IMG/VR virus record: IMGVR_UViG_3300045988_109008
Reading direction: 5' to 3' (one strand)
Source of the DNA: a virus
Taxonomy: Duplodnaviria; Heunggongvirae; Uroviricota; Caudoviricetes
DNA length: 22,001 nt
A program made the position numbers and the translations under genes. The notes below the pieces were generated by a model. It did not search any database. It was not told the origin of the DNA and worked only from the letters and a program-made list of their open reading frames with translations. Below, in pieces: positions 7,248-16,414 of the stretch; position 1 is the stretch's first letter, and the number at the start of each line of letters is the position of its first letter.

Positions 7248-10177
7248 CAGGAATGAATAACCTTTCTAACCTGGAAGCTATCATTATGAGATGGGATTAT
7301 TTCTCCTTTGAAAATAAGCCCTTCTCTCAAATACTGCCTGCTTTCAGAGGAAAATATTGTTACGTGGAAAAATATATCTACAGGGAGTTTGTCACAACTA
7401 CAGAATCCATATCCTCGTTGTGGAAAGTATCTTTTAATGATGCACTCCCCACTGATTGCTTCAACGTTTGGTGATTCTTTGCTATAAATATGACTAATCA
7501 CCATGCCTATCTCTGTTCTGGAAATGTCACACATCAAAGTGTCGCCATCAACGACGGAATCTATATTATATTGTTTTAATAAATTTTGAGAAATATCGAT
7601 GGGCCCATCAATGTCATTAACAATTAGATATCCAAGGCCACGCTCAACATCATAGCTATCTACAATTGCCCTAGCATGTTTTTTTACGATGCCTAGTTTA
7701 TAAATGTCGCCAAGAGTATTCTCTGGTGGTTCGCTTTCATCATATCTATTTTGTTTAAAGACTAATAGTCGATTGATTAACTCTTTTTGGCATTCATATT
7801 TTTCATGTGTTATCTCATTGCTAATATAAACAGAGTCTTCAGATATTAAATACTCTAGAAATAGATTTCTAATATTGTACATTTTAGAGATGTGATTGCC
7901 TTTGGAAGCATAAGTATCTTTTATTTTATTTGCGATAGAACTGTCGGTGATCGCTGTTGTTAATGCCATTTGATAGAAGTAAACGCTATTACGAGATGCG
8001 AGCTTTAAATGTGCTCTACCTTTATAAGAAATTGCTAATTTCTGATTTGATGAGAGTGTAGTTGATGACATATCATAGGGTTCTATTAATTTTGCCATAA
8101 TTAAGCTCTCTAAAGCTTTATCGACAGCTAGTTCTGTTGCTCCTAAAGCATCGAAATAACTGCTGATAGATTGTACGCTTAAATGTTTATCCTCAATGCT
8201 TTTTCCAGGCACTTGAATGGAGTTAAGTAAAGTAAGGATTCTTAACGCTTGCAATGGTGATTGTCTTACTTGACTATCAACTTGGAATATAGGATATATT
8301 TCTGGGATGTCACCATTTTTATAAACTTCATAATCACCGCGAATTAACGCGTCCATGAAGCGAGTGAAATTTATCGAAGGAAGTTCACCACTAATATAAG
8401 ATTTTATCAAATCCTCTATTTTAATTGCAGGGGATGTGATTATTCTTTTTGATAATAATAATGTGCTGCGTATATTATAGTTGGCAAGCTCACCAAGAGT
8501 TTGTGATGTGTAATCATGATTCACAAAAATATTTTCAATCACTTTAGAAAATTTATTTATATCTTCAATGGAAATTTTAATACCTTTTGATAAAAGATAG
8601 CTTTTCTTTTGTTCATTAGTATCTTTATTGTTAAGTTGTGATGTGATGAAGTTAATTCGCTTTCTGAATACTTCCCGTGGGGACGGAGTTGGTAGAAAAA
8701 ATGATTTCGATTGATAGATGCTAAATATATCTGTCTTGGAGAAAATCCAAGCTGATTTATCTGTTACGGGGAAAATAACAAGGCAGTGTTTAATGTTTTT
8801 TTTAATTGAATTGCTAAACTGGAAGACTTTTGTTTTAAAGTCAAGTGTGAATTCATCAGTGTTATCTACGACTATTATTGGAAGCATTTTTCTATTGCTT
8901 ACAACATTGTGAAGGATGCGTTTTAAATATCCCTCTCGATCATTTTCAACAGCTTCATCTAAATAACGTCCAAATTTTTCCTTGAACTCATCTTTACTTC
9001 TATTGTAAAGAGCTGCGTCCGCTCCTCTTGATTTTCTTTTATATTCATTGTGATAAAGTCCAAGGAGATCATTCCATTCAGGTACGCCGTCCTTGTAAAG
9101 CTGGGTCTCAAGGGTTTTTATTATTTCTTCAGTCATCCAATCTAGAACTGTATCTTCTCGCCCTGTAGCTTCTAAGCAGTTTATTTTAATAAGTAAGCAT
9201 CGTTCTCTAATCGTTTTATTAAGGGTACGACTGAAAAAACGGTCTAAAAAAGTCGACTTCCCAGAGCCAGTTGGTCCAACTATAAAAACGGATTGTTCTG
9301 ACTCTAGATTTATATCAGACTCAATATTTGACATTATTAAATCAGAAAGCTCATCTCCAACTTTATTTTTATTATGGTTTATATTTGACAAGACGCTAGT
9401 TGTTATTTTCTCAAGTGAATAGTCTGCAATTCTACTTTCATATGATTCAACAAAACATTCCATCATCATCTCGTCATCTCCCTCTAATCGAGAGAAGAAA
9501 CTAGAGAATACCCTTTCTAAATCATAAGCCATATCACTTTTTCTTGTTATTTTTATATCAGATCCAATGATTGGGGCTGTTAATTCATTATTTAACAATA
9601 AACGTTTGTTGTGAATATCATCAAATATAGTGTTATACAATCTCTTGTTAAATGCTTCTTTTGATAATAATTCATAGAACACGCTAAATGATTTTTCGAC
9701 TGCCTCGATACTAGGGAATACAATTGCCTCTTTACTCTTGAAGTTTTCACCAGGTATAAATGTTTTGAATATTACCCAACATAACCCATCAGTTAGAATA
9801 GAAAGAGGTATGCCATTTGGCGATGCGTAGCTAAATGCCTGGTTAATTCCTGTCTCGCATTTCTTTAAAGCAGAACCTGATATTTTTAAATGTCTTACAG
9901 TGTTTTTTTGAGCTGTTTCAACTTCTAAAATGCCGATTTTTTTGGCTTCGACAACAAAGGAGGGATGATCATCAGTGGAAAGAATGTAGTCAGAGAATCC
10001 ATTGTCATGAGCAGTTTCACAAGCAATATCAGAGTGCATCCATCCAAGCGTCTCTGTTAATATGCGAGTTATGATTTGAATTTTAGCATCTTCTTCTGAT
10101 TGGATTTTTGTGATGTTATGATTAACATCACTCATAATTTTTAAGAATTTTTTTTCGCTGGAATCTAAACTAGTCAT
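7247..10177 (-). CDS. Large multidomain protein (976 aa): PD-(D/E)xK nuclease fold, P-loop NTPase and C-terminal cold-shock domain; candidate anti-phage defence protein in the P2 tin/old hotspot
   Basis: N-terminal GFSDYILSTDDHPSFVVEAKK (aa 60-80, nt 9938-10000) resembles the HsdR N-terminal nuclease motif. Walker A VGPTGSGKST is at nt 9251-9280, and a Walker B-like IIVVDNTDE is at aa 434-442. The C-terminus RGYGFCSCD...DIFFHVTIF has RNP1/RNP2-like cold-shock motifs (nt about 7250-7450). The gene is AT-rich against a GC-rich phage backbone and sits between A and cos. Confidence 0.8.
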   Translation of the reverse strand: MTSLDSSEKKFLKIMSDVNHNITKIQSEEDAKIQIITRILTETLGWMHSDIACETAHDNGFSDYILSTDDHPSFVVEAKKIGILEVETAQKNTVRHLKISGSALKKCETGINQAFSYASPNGIPLSILTDGLCWVIFKTFIPGENFKSKEAIVFPSIEAVEKSFSVFYELLSKEAFNKRLYNTIFDDIHNKRLLLNNELTAPIIGSDIKITRKSDMAYDLERVFSSFFSRLEGDDEMMMECFVESYESRIADYSLEKITTSVLSNINHNKNKVGDELSDLIMSNIESDINLESEQSVFIVGPTGSGKSTFLDRFFSRTLNKTIRERCLLIKINCLEATGREDTVLDWMTEEIIKTLETQLYKDGVPEWNDLLGLYHNEYKRKSRGADAALYNRSKDEFKEKFGRYLDEAVENDREGYLKRILHNVVSNRKMLPIIVVDNTDEFTLDFKTKVFQFSNSIKKNIKHCLVIFPVTDKSAWIFSKTDIFSIYQSKSFFLPTPSPREVFRKRINFITSQLNNKDTNEQKKSYLLSKGIKISIEDINKFSKVIENIFVNHDYTSQTLGELANYNIRSTLLLSKRIITSPAIKIEDLIKSYISGELPSINFTRFMDALIRGDYEVYKNGDIPEIYPIFQVDSQVRQSPLQALRILTLLNSIQVPGKSIEDKHLSVQSISSYFDALGATELAVDKALESLIMAKLIEPYDMSSTTLSSNQKLAISYKGRAHLKLASRNSVYFYQMALTTAITDSSIANKIKDTYASKGNHISKMYNIRNLFLEYLISEDSVYISNEITHEKYECQKELINRLLVFKQNRYDESEPPENTLGDIYKLGIVKKHARAIVDSYDVERGLGYLIVNDIDGPIDISQNLLKQYNIDSVVDGDTLMCDISRTEIGMVISHIYSKESPNVEAISGECIIKRYFPQRGYGFCSCDKLPVDIFFHVTIFSSESRQYLREGLIFKGEIIPSHNDSFQVRKVIHS

Positions 10178-10232
10178 TTCTTATCATCCAAAGTGATGTA
10201 AGTAAGTTACGGATAAATTCTTATGTATTGAG

Positions 10233-10260
10233 ATTGTAAGGTAATTAGCCATGAGTTCAA
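10233..10260 (-). promoter_or_regulatory. Candidate sigma70 promoter for the 976-aa ORF
   Basis: On the minus strand: TTGAAC (complement of 10255-10260), 16-nt spacer, TACAAT (complement of 10233-10238), about 55 nt upstream of the start codon. Confidence 0.3.
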
Positions 10261-10389
10261 GTAGTTAGTTTGCATATCCTTGCGTGAAAATGCATCTGTC
10301 GTCTGAAATTGGTTTGCTGACACAAACCCAGCCGCCGCTGGGCAGGGTTTGAAGCGCACCTGCATTAAAACCGCCCCGTGAAGCGGGCG

Positions 10390-10408
10390 GGCGAGGCGGG
10401 GAAAGCAC
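10390..10408. other. cos: cos cohesive-end site (19 nt)
   Basis: The sequence ggcgaggcggggaaagcac matches the P2 cohesive-end sequence as I recall it. It lies between the hotspot and Q, as in P2. Confidence 0.6.
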
Positions 10409-10440
10409 TGCGCGCTGGCGGTGGTGCTGATTTTATTTTT

Positions 10441-10480
10441 TCAGCGTCTCAGCGTCTCAGCGTCTCAGCGTCTCAGCGCG
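10441..10480. repeat. Tandem octamer repeat (TCAGCGTC, four perfect copies plus one degenerate) in the cos-proximal region
   Basis: Read directly: tcagcgtc tcagcgtc tcagcgtc tcagcgtc tcagcgcg. Confidence 0.8.
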
Positions 10481-10601
10481 TCGTGACGGCGTTTGGATTG
10501 TGCGCCGGGGCGTTGGTGTGTCTGCGGGGTGTTTTGTGCGGTGGTGAGCGTGTGAGGGCGTGATGACGGGGTGTAAAAAAGCCGCCCGCAGGCGGCGATG
10601 T

Positions 10602-11636
10602 TCAGCCGTTGTCAGTGTCCAGTGAGTAGTTTTTAAAGCGGATGACCTCCTGACCGAGCCAGCCGTTTATCTCGCAGATCCTGTCCTGTAACGGGATAAG
10701 TTCATTGCGGACAAAGACCTTTGCCACTTTCTCAATATCACCCAGCGACCCGACGTTCTCCGGCTTGCCGCCCATCAACTGAAAGGGGATGCGGTGCGCG
10801 TCCAGCAGGTCAGCGGCGCTGGCTTTTTTGATATTAAAAAAATCGTCCTTCGTTGCCACTTCACTGAGCGGGATAATTTTAATGCCGTCAGCTTTCCCCT
10901 GCGGGGCATAGAGAAACAGGTTTTTAAAGTTGTTGCGGCCTTTCGACTTCACCATGTTTTCGCGAAGCATTTCGATATCGTTGCGATCCTGCACGGCATC
11001 AGTGACGTACATGATATATCCGGCATGAGCGCCGTTTTCGTAATACTTGCGGCGGAACAGCGTGGCCGACTCATTCAGCCAGGCAGAGTTAAGGGCGCTG
11101 AGATATTCCGGCAGACCGTACAGCTCCTGATTAATATCCGGCTCCAGCAGGTGAAACACGGAGCCGGGCGCGAAAGGTGTCGGCTCGTTGAAGGACGGCA
11201 CCCACCAGTAAACATCCTCCTCCACGCCACGGCGGGTATATTTTGCCGGTGAGGTTTCCAGTCTGATGACCTTACCGGTGGTGCTGTAACGCTTTTCCAG
11301 AAACGCATTACCGAATACCAGAAAATCCAGCACAAAGCGGCTGAAATCCTGCTGAGAAAGCCACGGGTGTGGGATAAACGTTGAGGCCAGAATATTACGT
11401 TTGACGTAAATCGGTGAGCTGTGATGCACGGCAGCACGCAGGCTTTTTGCCAGACCGGTAAAGCTGACCGGTGGCTCATACCATCTGCCGTTACTGATGC
11501 ACTCGACGTAATCCAGAATGTCACGGCGGTCGAGTACCGGCACCGGCTCACCAAAGGTGAATGCCTCCATTTTCGGGGCGCTGGCGGTCATTTTTTTTGC
11601 CGCAGGTTGCGGTGTTTTCCCTTTTTTCTTGCTCAT
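10602..11636 (-). CDS. Q: Portal protein (344 aa)
   Basis: Length and N-terminus MSKKKGKTPQPAAKK match P2 gpQ; first gene after cos, leftward. Confidence 0.9.
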   Translation of the reverse strand: MSKKKGKTPQPAAKKMTASAPKMEAFTFGEPVPVLDRRDILDYVECISNGRWYEPPVSFTGLAKSLRAAVHHSSPIYVKRNILASTFIPHPWLSQQDFSRFVLDFLVFGNAFLEKRYSTTGKVIRLETSPAKYTRRGVEEDVYWWVPSFNEPTPFAPGSVFHLLEPDINQELYGLPEYLSALNSAWLNESATLFRRKYYENGAHAGYIMYVTDAVQDRNDIEMLRENMVKSKGRNNFKNLFLYAPQGKADGIKIIPLSEVATKDDFFNIKKASAADLLDAHRIPFQLMGGKPENVGSLGDIEKVAKVFVRNELIPLQDRICEINGWLGQEVIRFKNYSLDTDNG

Positions 11637-13408
11637 CAGTAAAACTCCAGAATGGTGGATGTCAGCGGGGTGCTGATACCGGCGGTGAGTGGCTCATTTA
11701 ACAGGGCGTGCATGGTCGCCCAGGCGAGGTCGGCGTGGCTGGCTTCCTCGCTACGGCTGGCCTCATAGGTGGCGCTGCGTCCGCTGCTGGTCATGGTCTT
11801 GCGGATAGCCATAAACGAGCTGGTGATGTCGGTGGCGCTGACGTCATATTCCAGACAGCCACGGCGGATGACGTCTTTTGCCTTGAGCACCATTGCGGTT
11901 TTCATTTCCGGCGTGTAGCGGATATCGCGCGCGGCGGGATAGAACGAGCGCACGAGCTGGAACACGCCGACACCGAGGCCGGTGGCATCAATTCCGATGT
12001 ATTCGACGTTGTATTTTTCGGTGAGTTTGCGGATGGATTCCGCCTGAGTGGCAAAGTCCATGCCTTTCCACTGGTGACGCTCAAGTATTCTGAATTTACC
12101 TCCGGCCACCACCGGCGGTGCCAGCACCACGCATCCGGCGCTGTCGCCACGGTGTGACGGGTCGTAACCAATCCATACCGGGCGGGAGCCGAACGGATTG
12201 GCGGCAAACGGCGCATAGTCTTCCCATTCTTCCAGCGTGTCGACCATGCAGCGTTGCAGCTCCTCGAACGGGAACACCGACGCCTTGTCGTCAACAAATT
12301 CACACATGAACAGGTTTTTAAAATCGTCGGCGCTGTTTTCACGTTTGAGCTGCTCAATGTCGAACAGCGTGCAGCCACCTTTCAGGGCGTCCTCAATGGT
12401 GACAATCTGCCGCCACTGGCCGTCCGCACAGAGAAGCCCCCCGGCAAGGGCGTTATGACTGACGTCGATTTCCACGCGTTCGGCGGCGCTGGCGCGTCCC
12501 CGGTTGAACAGTTCACCCGACCAGAATGGGTAGGCGTCGTGCGCCAGCGTGGACGGGGTGGAGAAATAGGTCGAGCGCAGGTGGCTCTGTGAGGCCATAC
12601 CTGATGCCACCTTTCGCAGTACCTGAAAATTCGGGATCCAGAAAATCTCGTCGACGTACAGGTCGCCGTTATGGCTCTGTGCGGTGTTGGAGTTGGTGCC
12701 GAGAAAAATCAGTTTTGCGCCGTTATTGCCCAGGACAATCGGGTCACCGGTCAGGTCAACGTCAACCAGCCGGGCAAAGGCGATGATGTATTCGCGGAAC
12801 ACATACGCCTGCGTTTTACTGGCCGACAGAAAAATCTGGTTATGACCGGTTTTCAGGGCGCGCAGCAGCGCCTCGCGGGAAAAATAAAACGTCGCGCCAA
12901 TCTGGCGGGATTTCAGGATATCGCGGATGCGGTGCTCAAGCCCGGCGCGATACCAGTGCAACTGATAGTCGAAAGACTGCTCAAAGAAAATCTGCTCCAG
13001 CTTTTCGATGGCCTCGTCACTGAAAAAATTCTTTTTCGGTTTGCGCCGCCCGCCTTTGTTGCGGTTAGCGACGTTCGGATTAAGGTCTGCCTCGTTGCCG
13101 GTCTGGCTGTAGCGGTTGACCCGTGCCAGTCGTTCAATCTGGCGTCCCAGCAGGTCAATTTCCTTGAAGTCACTGCCGGTTTTCTGCGGTTTGATGATGA
13201 GCTGGGTCAGCCGCGCTTCCAGGCTCATTTCGACACGGCTGATGGGGGCAACGCTGTCCCAGCCGTCGCGCTGTTTCCAGCTCTGCACCGTCGGGCGTTT
13301 CATCTGCAACATGGCGGCAATCTGCGGCACGGAAAACCCCTGCCAGTACAGCAGCGCCGCCTGACGACGCGGGTCGTGTAAAAGAGTGGTGTCTGTGGTG
13401 ATGGTCAT
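11636..13408 (-). CDS. P: Terminase large (ATPase) subunit (590 aa)
   Basis: Start assigned to MTITTDTTLLHDPRRQ with GAGG 5 nt upstream (tool ORF starts 10 codons earlier). Overlaps the Q start by 1 nt. Confidence 0.9.
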   Translation of the reverse strand: MTITTDTTLLHDPRRQAALLYWQGFSVPQIAAMLQMKRPTVQSWKQRDGWDSVAPISRVEMSLEARLTQLIIKPQKTGSDFKEIDLLGRQIERLARVNRYSQTGNEADLNPNVANRNKGGRRKPKKNFFSDEAIEKLEQIFFEQSFDYQLHWYRAGLEHRIRDILKSRQIGATFYFSREALLRALKTGHNQIFLSASKTQAYVFREYIIAFARLVDVDLTGDPIVLGNNGAKLIFLGTNSNTAQSHNGDLYVDEIFWIPNFQVLRKVASGMASQSHLRSTYFSTPSTLAHDAYPFWSGELFNRGRASAAERVEIDVSHNALAGGLLCADGQWRQIVTIEDALKGGCTLFDIEQLKRENSADDFKNLFMCEFVDDKASVFPFEELQRCMVDTLEEWEDYAPFAANPFGSRPVWIGYDPSHRGDSAGCVVLAPPVVAGGKFRILERHQWKGMDFATQAESIRKLTEKYNVEYIGIDATGLGVGVFQLVRSFYPAARDIRYTPEMKTAMVLKAKDVIRRGCLEYDVSATDITSSFMAIRKTMTSSGRSATYEASRSEEASHADLAWATMHALLNEPLTAGISTPLTSTILEFY

Positions 13409-13581
13409 GAATACCTCGCCGTGATGAATACACGGCAAGGCTACTGAGTCGCGCCCCGCGATTCGCTAAGGTGCTGTTGTGTCAGTGATAAGCCATCCGG
13501 GACTGATGGCGGAGGATGCGCATCGTCGGGAAACTGATGCCGACATGTGACTCCTCTAATCACTATTCAGGACTCCTGACA
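13409..13581. promoter_or_regulatory. Divergent late promoter region (PP/PO-equivalent)
   Basis: Intergenic between divergent P and O, as in P2, where Ogr-dependent late promoters lie. I did not confidently locate a TGT-N12-ACA element by eye. Confidence 0.4.
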
Positions 13582-14436
13582 ATGGCAAAAAAAGTCTCAA
13601 AATTCTTTCGTATCGGCGTTGAGGGTGACACCTGTGACGGGCGTGTCATCAGTGCGCAGGATATTCAGGAAATGGCCGAAACCTTTGACCCGCGAGTCTA
13701 TGGTTGCCGCATTAACCTGGAACATCTGCGCGGCATCCTGCCTGACGGTATTTTTAAGCGTTATGGCGATGTGGCCGAACTGAAGGCCGAAAAGATTGAC
13801 GATGATTCGGCGCTGAAAGGCAAATGGGCGCTGTTTGCGAAAATCACCCCGACCGATGACCTTATCGCGATGAACAAGGCCGCGCAGAAGGTCTACACCT
13901 CAATGGAAATTCAGCCGAACTTTGCCAATACCGGCAAATGTTATCTGGTGGGGCTGGCCGTCACCGATGACCCGGCAAGCCTCGGCACGGAATACCTGGA
14001 ATTCTGCCGCACGGCAAAACACAACCCCCTGAACCGCTTCAAATTAAGCCCTGAAAACCTGATTTCAGTGGCAACGCCTGTTGAGCTGGAATTTGAAGAC
14101 CTGCCTGAAACCGTGTTCACCGCCCTGACCGAAAAGGTGAAATCCATTTTTGGCCGCAAACAGGCCAGCGATGACGCCCGTCTGAATGATGTGCATGAAG
14201 CGGTGACCGCTGTTGCTGAACATGTGCAGGAAAAACTGAGCGCCACTGAGCAGCGCCTCGCTGAGATGGAAACCGCCTTTTCCGCACTTAAGCAGGATGT
14301 GACTGACAGGGCGGATGAAACCAGCCAGGCATTCACCCGCCTGAAAAACAGTCTCGACCACACCGAAAGTCTGACCCAGCAGCGCCGCAGCAAGGCCACT
14401 GGCGGTAGCGGTGATGCCCTGCTGACGAACTGCTGA
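13582..14436 (+). CDS. O: Capsid scaffolding protein (284 aa)
   Basis: Start at MAKKVSKFFRIGVEG with AGGA upstream; the tool ORF start at 13516 is too far upstream. Confidence 0.88.
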   Translation: MAKKVSKFFRIGVEGDTCDGRVISAQDIQEMAETFDPRVYGCRINLEHLRGILPDGIFKRYGDVAELKAEKIDDDSALKGKWALFAKITPTDDLIAMNKAAQKVYTSMEIQPNFANTGKCYLVGLAVTDDPASLGTEYLEFCRTAKHNPLNRFKLSPENLISVATPVELEFEDLPETVFTALTEKVKSIFGRKQASDDARLNDVHEAVTAVAEHVQEKLSATEQRLAEMETAFSALKQDVTDRADETSQAFTRLKNSLDHTESLTQQRRSKATGGSGDALLTNC

Positions 14437-14494
14437 CCGGCGTCAGTCAGTCCGGGAAAACCTTCACGATTAACCCTTAATTTCAGGAAAAACT

Positions 14495-15568
14495 ATGCGC
14501 CAGGAAACCCGCTTTAAATTTAATGCTTACCTGTCCCGTGTTGCCGAACTGAACGGCATCGACGCCGGTGATGTGTCGAAAAAATTCACCGTTGAACCGT
14601 CGGTCACCCAGACCCTGATGAACACCATGCAGGAGTCCTCTGACTTTCTGACCCGCATCAACATTGTGCCGGTCAGCGAAATGAAAGGGGAAAAAATTGG
14701 CATCGGTGTCACCGGCTCCATCGCCAGCACCACCGACACCGCCGGTGGCACCGAGCGTCAGCCGAAGGACTTCTCGAAGCTGGCGTCTAACAAGTACGAA
14801 TGCGACCAGATTAACTTCGATTTTTATATCCGCTACAAAACGCTGGACCTGTGGGCGCGTTATCAGGATTTCCAGCTCCGTATCCGTAACGCCATTATCA
14901 AACGCCAGTCCCTTGATTTCATCATGGCCGGTTTTAACGGCGTGAAGCGTGCCGAAACCTCTGACCGCAGCAGTAATCCGATGCTACAGGATGTGGCGGT
15001 CGGCTGGCTGCAGAAATACCGCAATGAAGCCCCGGCGCGCGTGATGAGCAAGGTCACTGACGAGGAAGGGCACACCACCTCTGAGGTTATCCGCGTGGGT
15101 AAGGGCGGTGATTATGCCAGCCTTGACGCACTGGTGATGGATGCGACCAACAACCTGATTGAGCCGTGGTATCAGGAAGACCCTGACCTTGTGGTGATTG
15201 TGGGACGTCAGCTACTGGCGGACAAGTATTTTCCCATCGTCAACAAGGAGCAGGACAACAGCGAAATGCTGGCCGCTGACGTCATCATCAGCCAGAAACG
15301 CATCGGCAACCTGCCAGCGGTACGCGTCCCGTACTTCCCGGCGGATGCGATGCTCATCACGAAGCTGGAAAACTTGTCCATCTACTACATGGATGACAGC
15401 CATCGCCGCGTGATTGAGGAAAACCCGAAACTCGACCGCGTGGAGAACTACGAGTCAATGAACATTGATTACGTGGTGGAGGACTACGCCGCCGGTTGTC
15501 TGGTGGAAAAAATTAAGGTCGGTGATTTCTCCACACAGGCCAGGGCAACCGCAGAGCCGGGAGCGTAA
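14495..15568 (+). CDS. N: Major capsid protein (357 aa)
   Basis: Size and position match P2 gpN. Confidence 0.9.
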   Translation: MRQETRFKFNAYLSRVAELNGIDAGDVSKKFTVEPSVTQTLMNTMQESSDFLTRINIVPVSEMKGEKIGIGVTGSIASTTDTAGGTERQPKDFSKLASNKYECDQINFDFYIRYKTLDLWARYQDFQLRIRNAIIKRQSLDFIMAGFNGVKRAETSDRSSNPMLQDVAVGWLQKYRNEAPARVMSKVTDEEGHTTSEVIRVGKGGDYASLDALVMDATNNLIEPWYQEDPDLVVIVGRQLLADKYFPIVNKEQDNSEMLAADVIISQKRIGNLPAVRVPYFPADAMLITKLENLSIYYMDDSHRRVIEENPKLDRVENYESMNIDYVVEDYAAGCLVEKIKVGDFSTQARATAEPGA

Positions 15569-15571
15569 CCG

Positions 15572-16315
15572 ATGACGAGTCCCGCACAGCGCCACATGAT
15601 GCGGGTCTCGGCAGCGATGACCGCGCAGCGGGAAGCCGCCCCGCTGCGACATGCAACTGTCTATGAGCAGATGCTGGTTAAGCTCGCCGCAGACCAGCGC
15701 ACACTGAAAGCGATTTATTCAAAAGAGCTGAAGGCCGCAAAAAAACGCGAACTGCTGCCGTTCTGGTTGCCGTGGGTGAATGGCGTGCTGGAGCAGGGCA
15801 AAGGTGCACAGGATGACATTCTGATGACGGTCATGCTGTGGCGTCTGGATACCGGCGATATTGCCGGTGCGCTGGAGATTGCCCGTTATGCCCTGAAGTA
15901 CGGTCTGACCATGCCGGGTAAACACCGCCGCACCCCGCCGTACATGTTCACCGAGGAGGTGGCGCTCGCGGCCATGCGCGCTCACGCTGCCGGTGAGTCT
16001 GTGGATACCCGCCTGCTGACGGAGACCCTTGAACTGACCGCCACGGCTGACATGCCTGATGAAGTGCGCGCAAAGCTGCACAAAATCACCGGTCTGTTTC
16101 TGCGTGACGGTGGTGATGCCGCCGGTGCGCTGGCTCACCTGCAACGTGCGACACAGCTCGACTGTCAGGCAGGCGTCAAAAAAGAGATTGAACGACTGGA
16201 GCGGGAGCTGAAACCGAAGCCGGAGCCGCAGCCCAAAGCGGCCACCCGCGCCCCGCGTAAGACCCGGAGCGTGACACCGGCAAAACGTGGACGCCCGAAA
16301 AAGAAAGCCAGTTAA
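15572..16315 (+). CDS. M: Terminase small (endonuclease) subunit (247 aa)
   Basis: Size and position match P2 gpM; basic C-terminal tail. Confidence 0.88.
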   Translation: MTSPAQRHMMRVSAAMTAQREAAPLRHATVYEQMLVKLAADQRTLKAIYSKELKAAKKRELLPFWLPWVNGVLEQGKGAQDDILMTVMLWRLDTGDIAGALEIARYALKYGLTMPGKHRRTPPYMFTEEVALAAMRAHAAGESVDTRLLTETLELTATADMPDEVRAKLHKITGLFLRDGGDAAGALAHLQRATQLDCQAGVKKEIERLERELKPKPEPQPKAATRAPRKTRSVTPAKRGRPKKKAS

Positions 16316-16414
16316 CAACCGAATGCGCCCCGCGCCAGGGCGGCACGCCGGTCAGTGAGGGTGAATCACCTGACACTGCACCGGCGTCCACCGCCCGACT
16401 TTTCAGAGGTAGTC

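Noticed and set aside
6717-7284. Minus-strand ORFs 6717-6971 and 7051-7284 in the cargo region
   Set aside because: The first is antisense to the 3' end of A; the second runs across the terminator hairpin and the transposase stump. Both are low-complexity with no RBS. A small real gene cannot be fully excluded.
6843-10389. Homologues of P2 Old (ABC-ATPase plus TOPRIM) or Tin in the hotspot
   Set aside because: The only large ORF has a PD-(D/E)xK N-terminus and a cold-shock C-terminus, with no TOPRIM-like motifs recognisable by eye; it is a different protein.
10441-10480. Possible CRISPR array
   Set aside because: The units are 8 bp and directly abutting with no spacers, so this is a simple tandem repeat.
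10378-10563. 61-aa plus-strand ORF spanning cos and the octamer repeat
   Set aside because: It lies over the non-coding packaging region; the reading frame is created by the GC-rich repeat and has no RBS.
10794-11554. Antisense and alternative-frame ORFs inside the portal gene Q
   Set aside because: They overlap a well-supported gene; no independent start signals.
12671-13381. 236-aa plus-strand ORF, with others at 11708-12157, 11902-12378 and 12254-12592
   Set aside because: All lie inside the terminase gene P, on the opposite strand or in an alternative frame. These are typical long spurious ORFs in GC-rich coding DNA.
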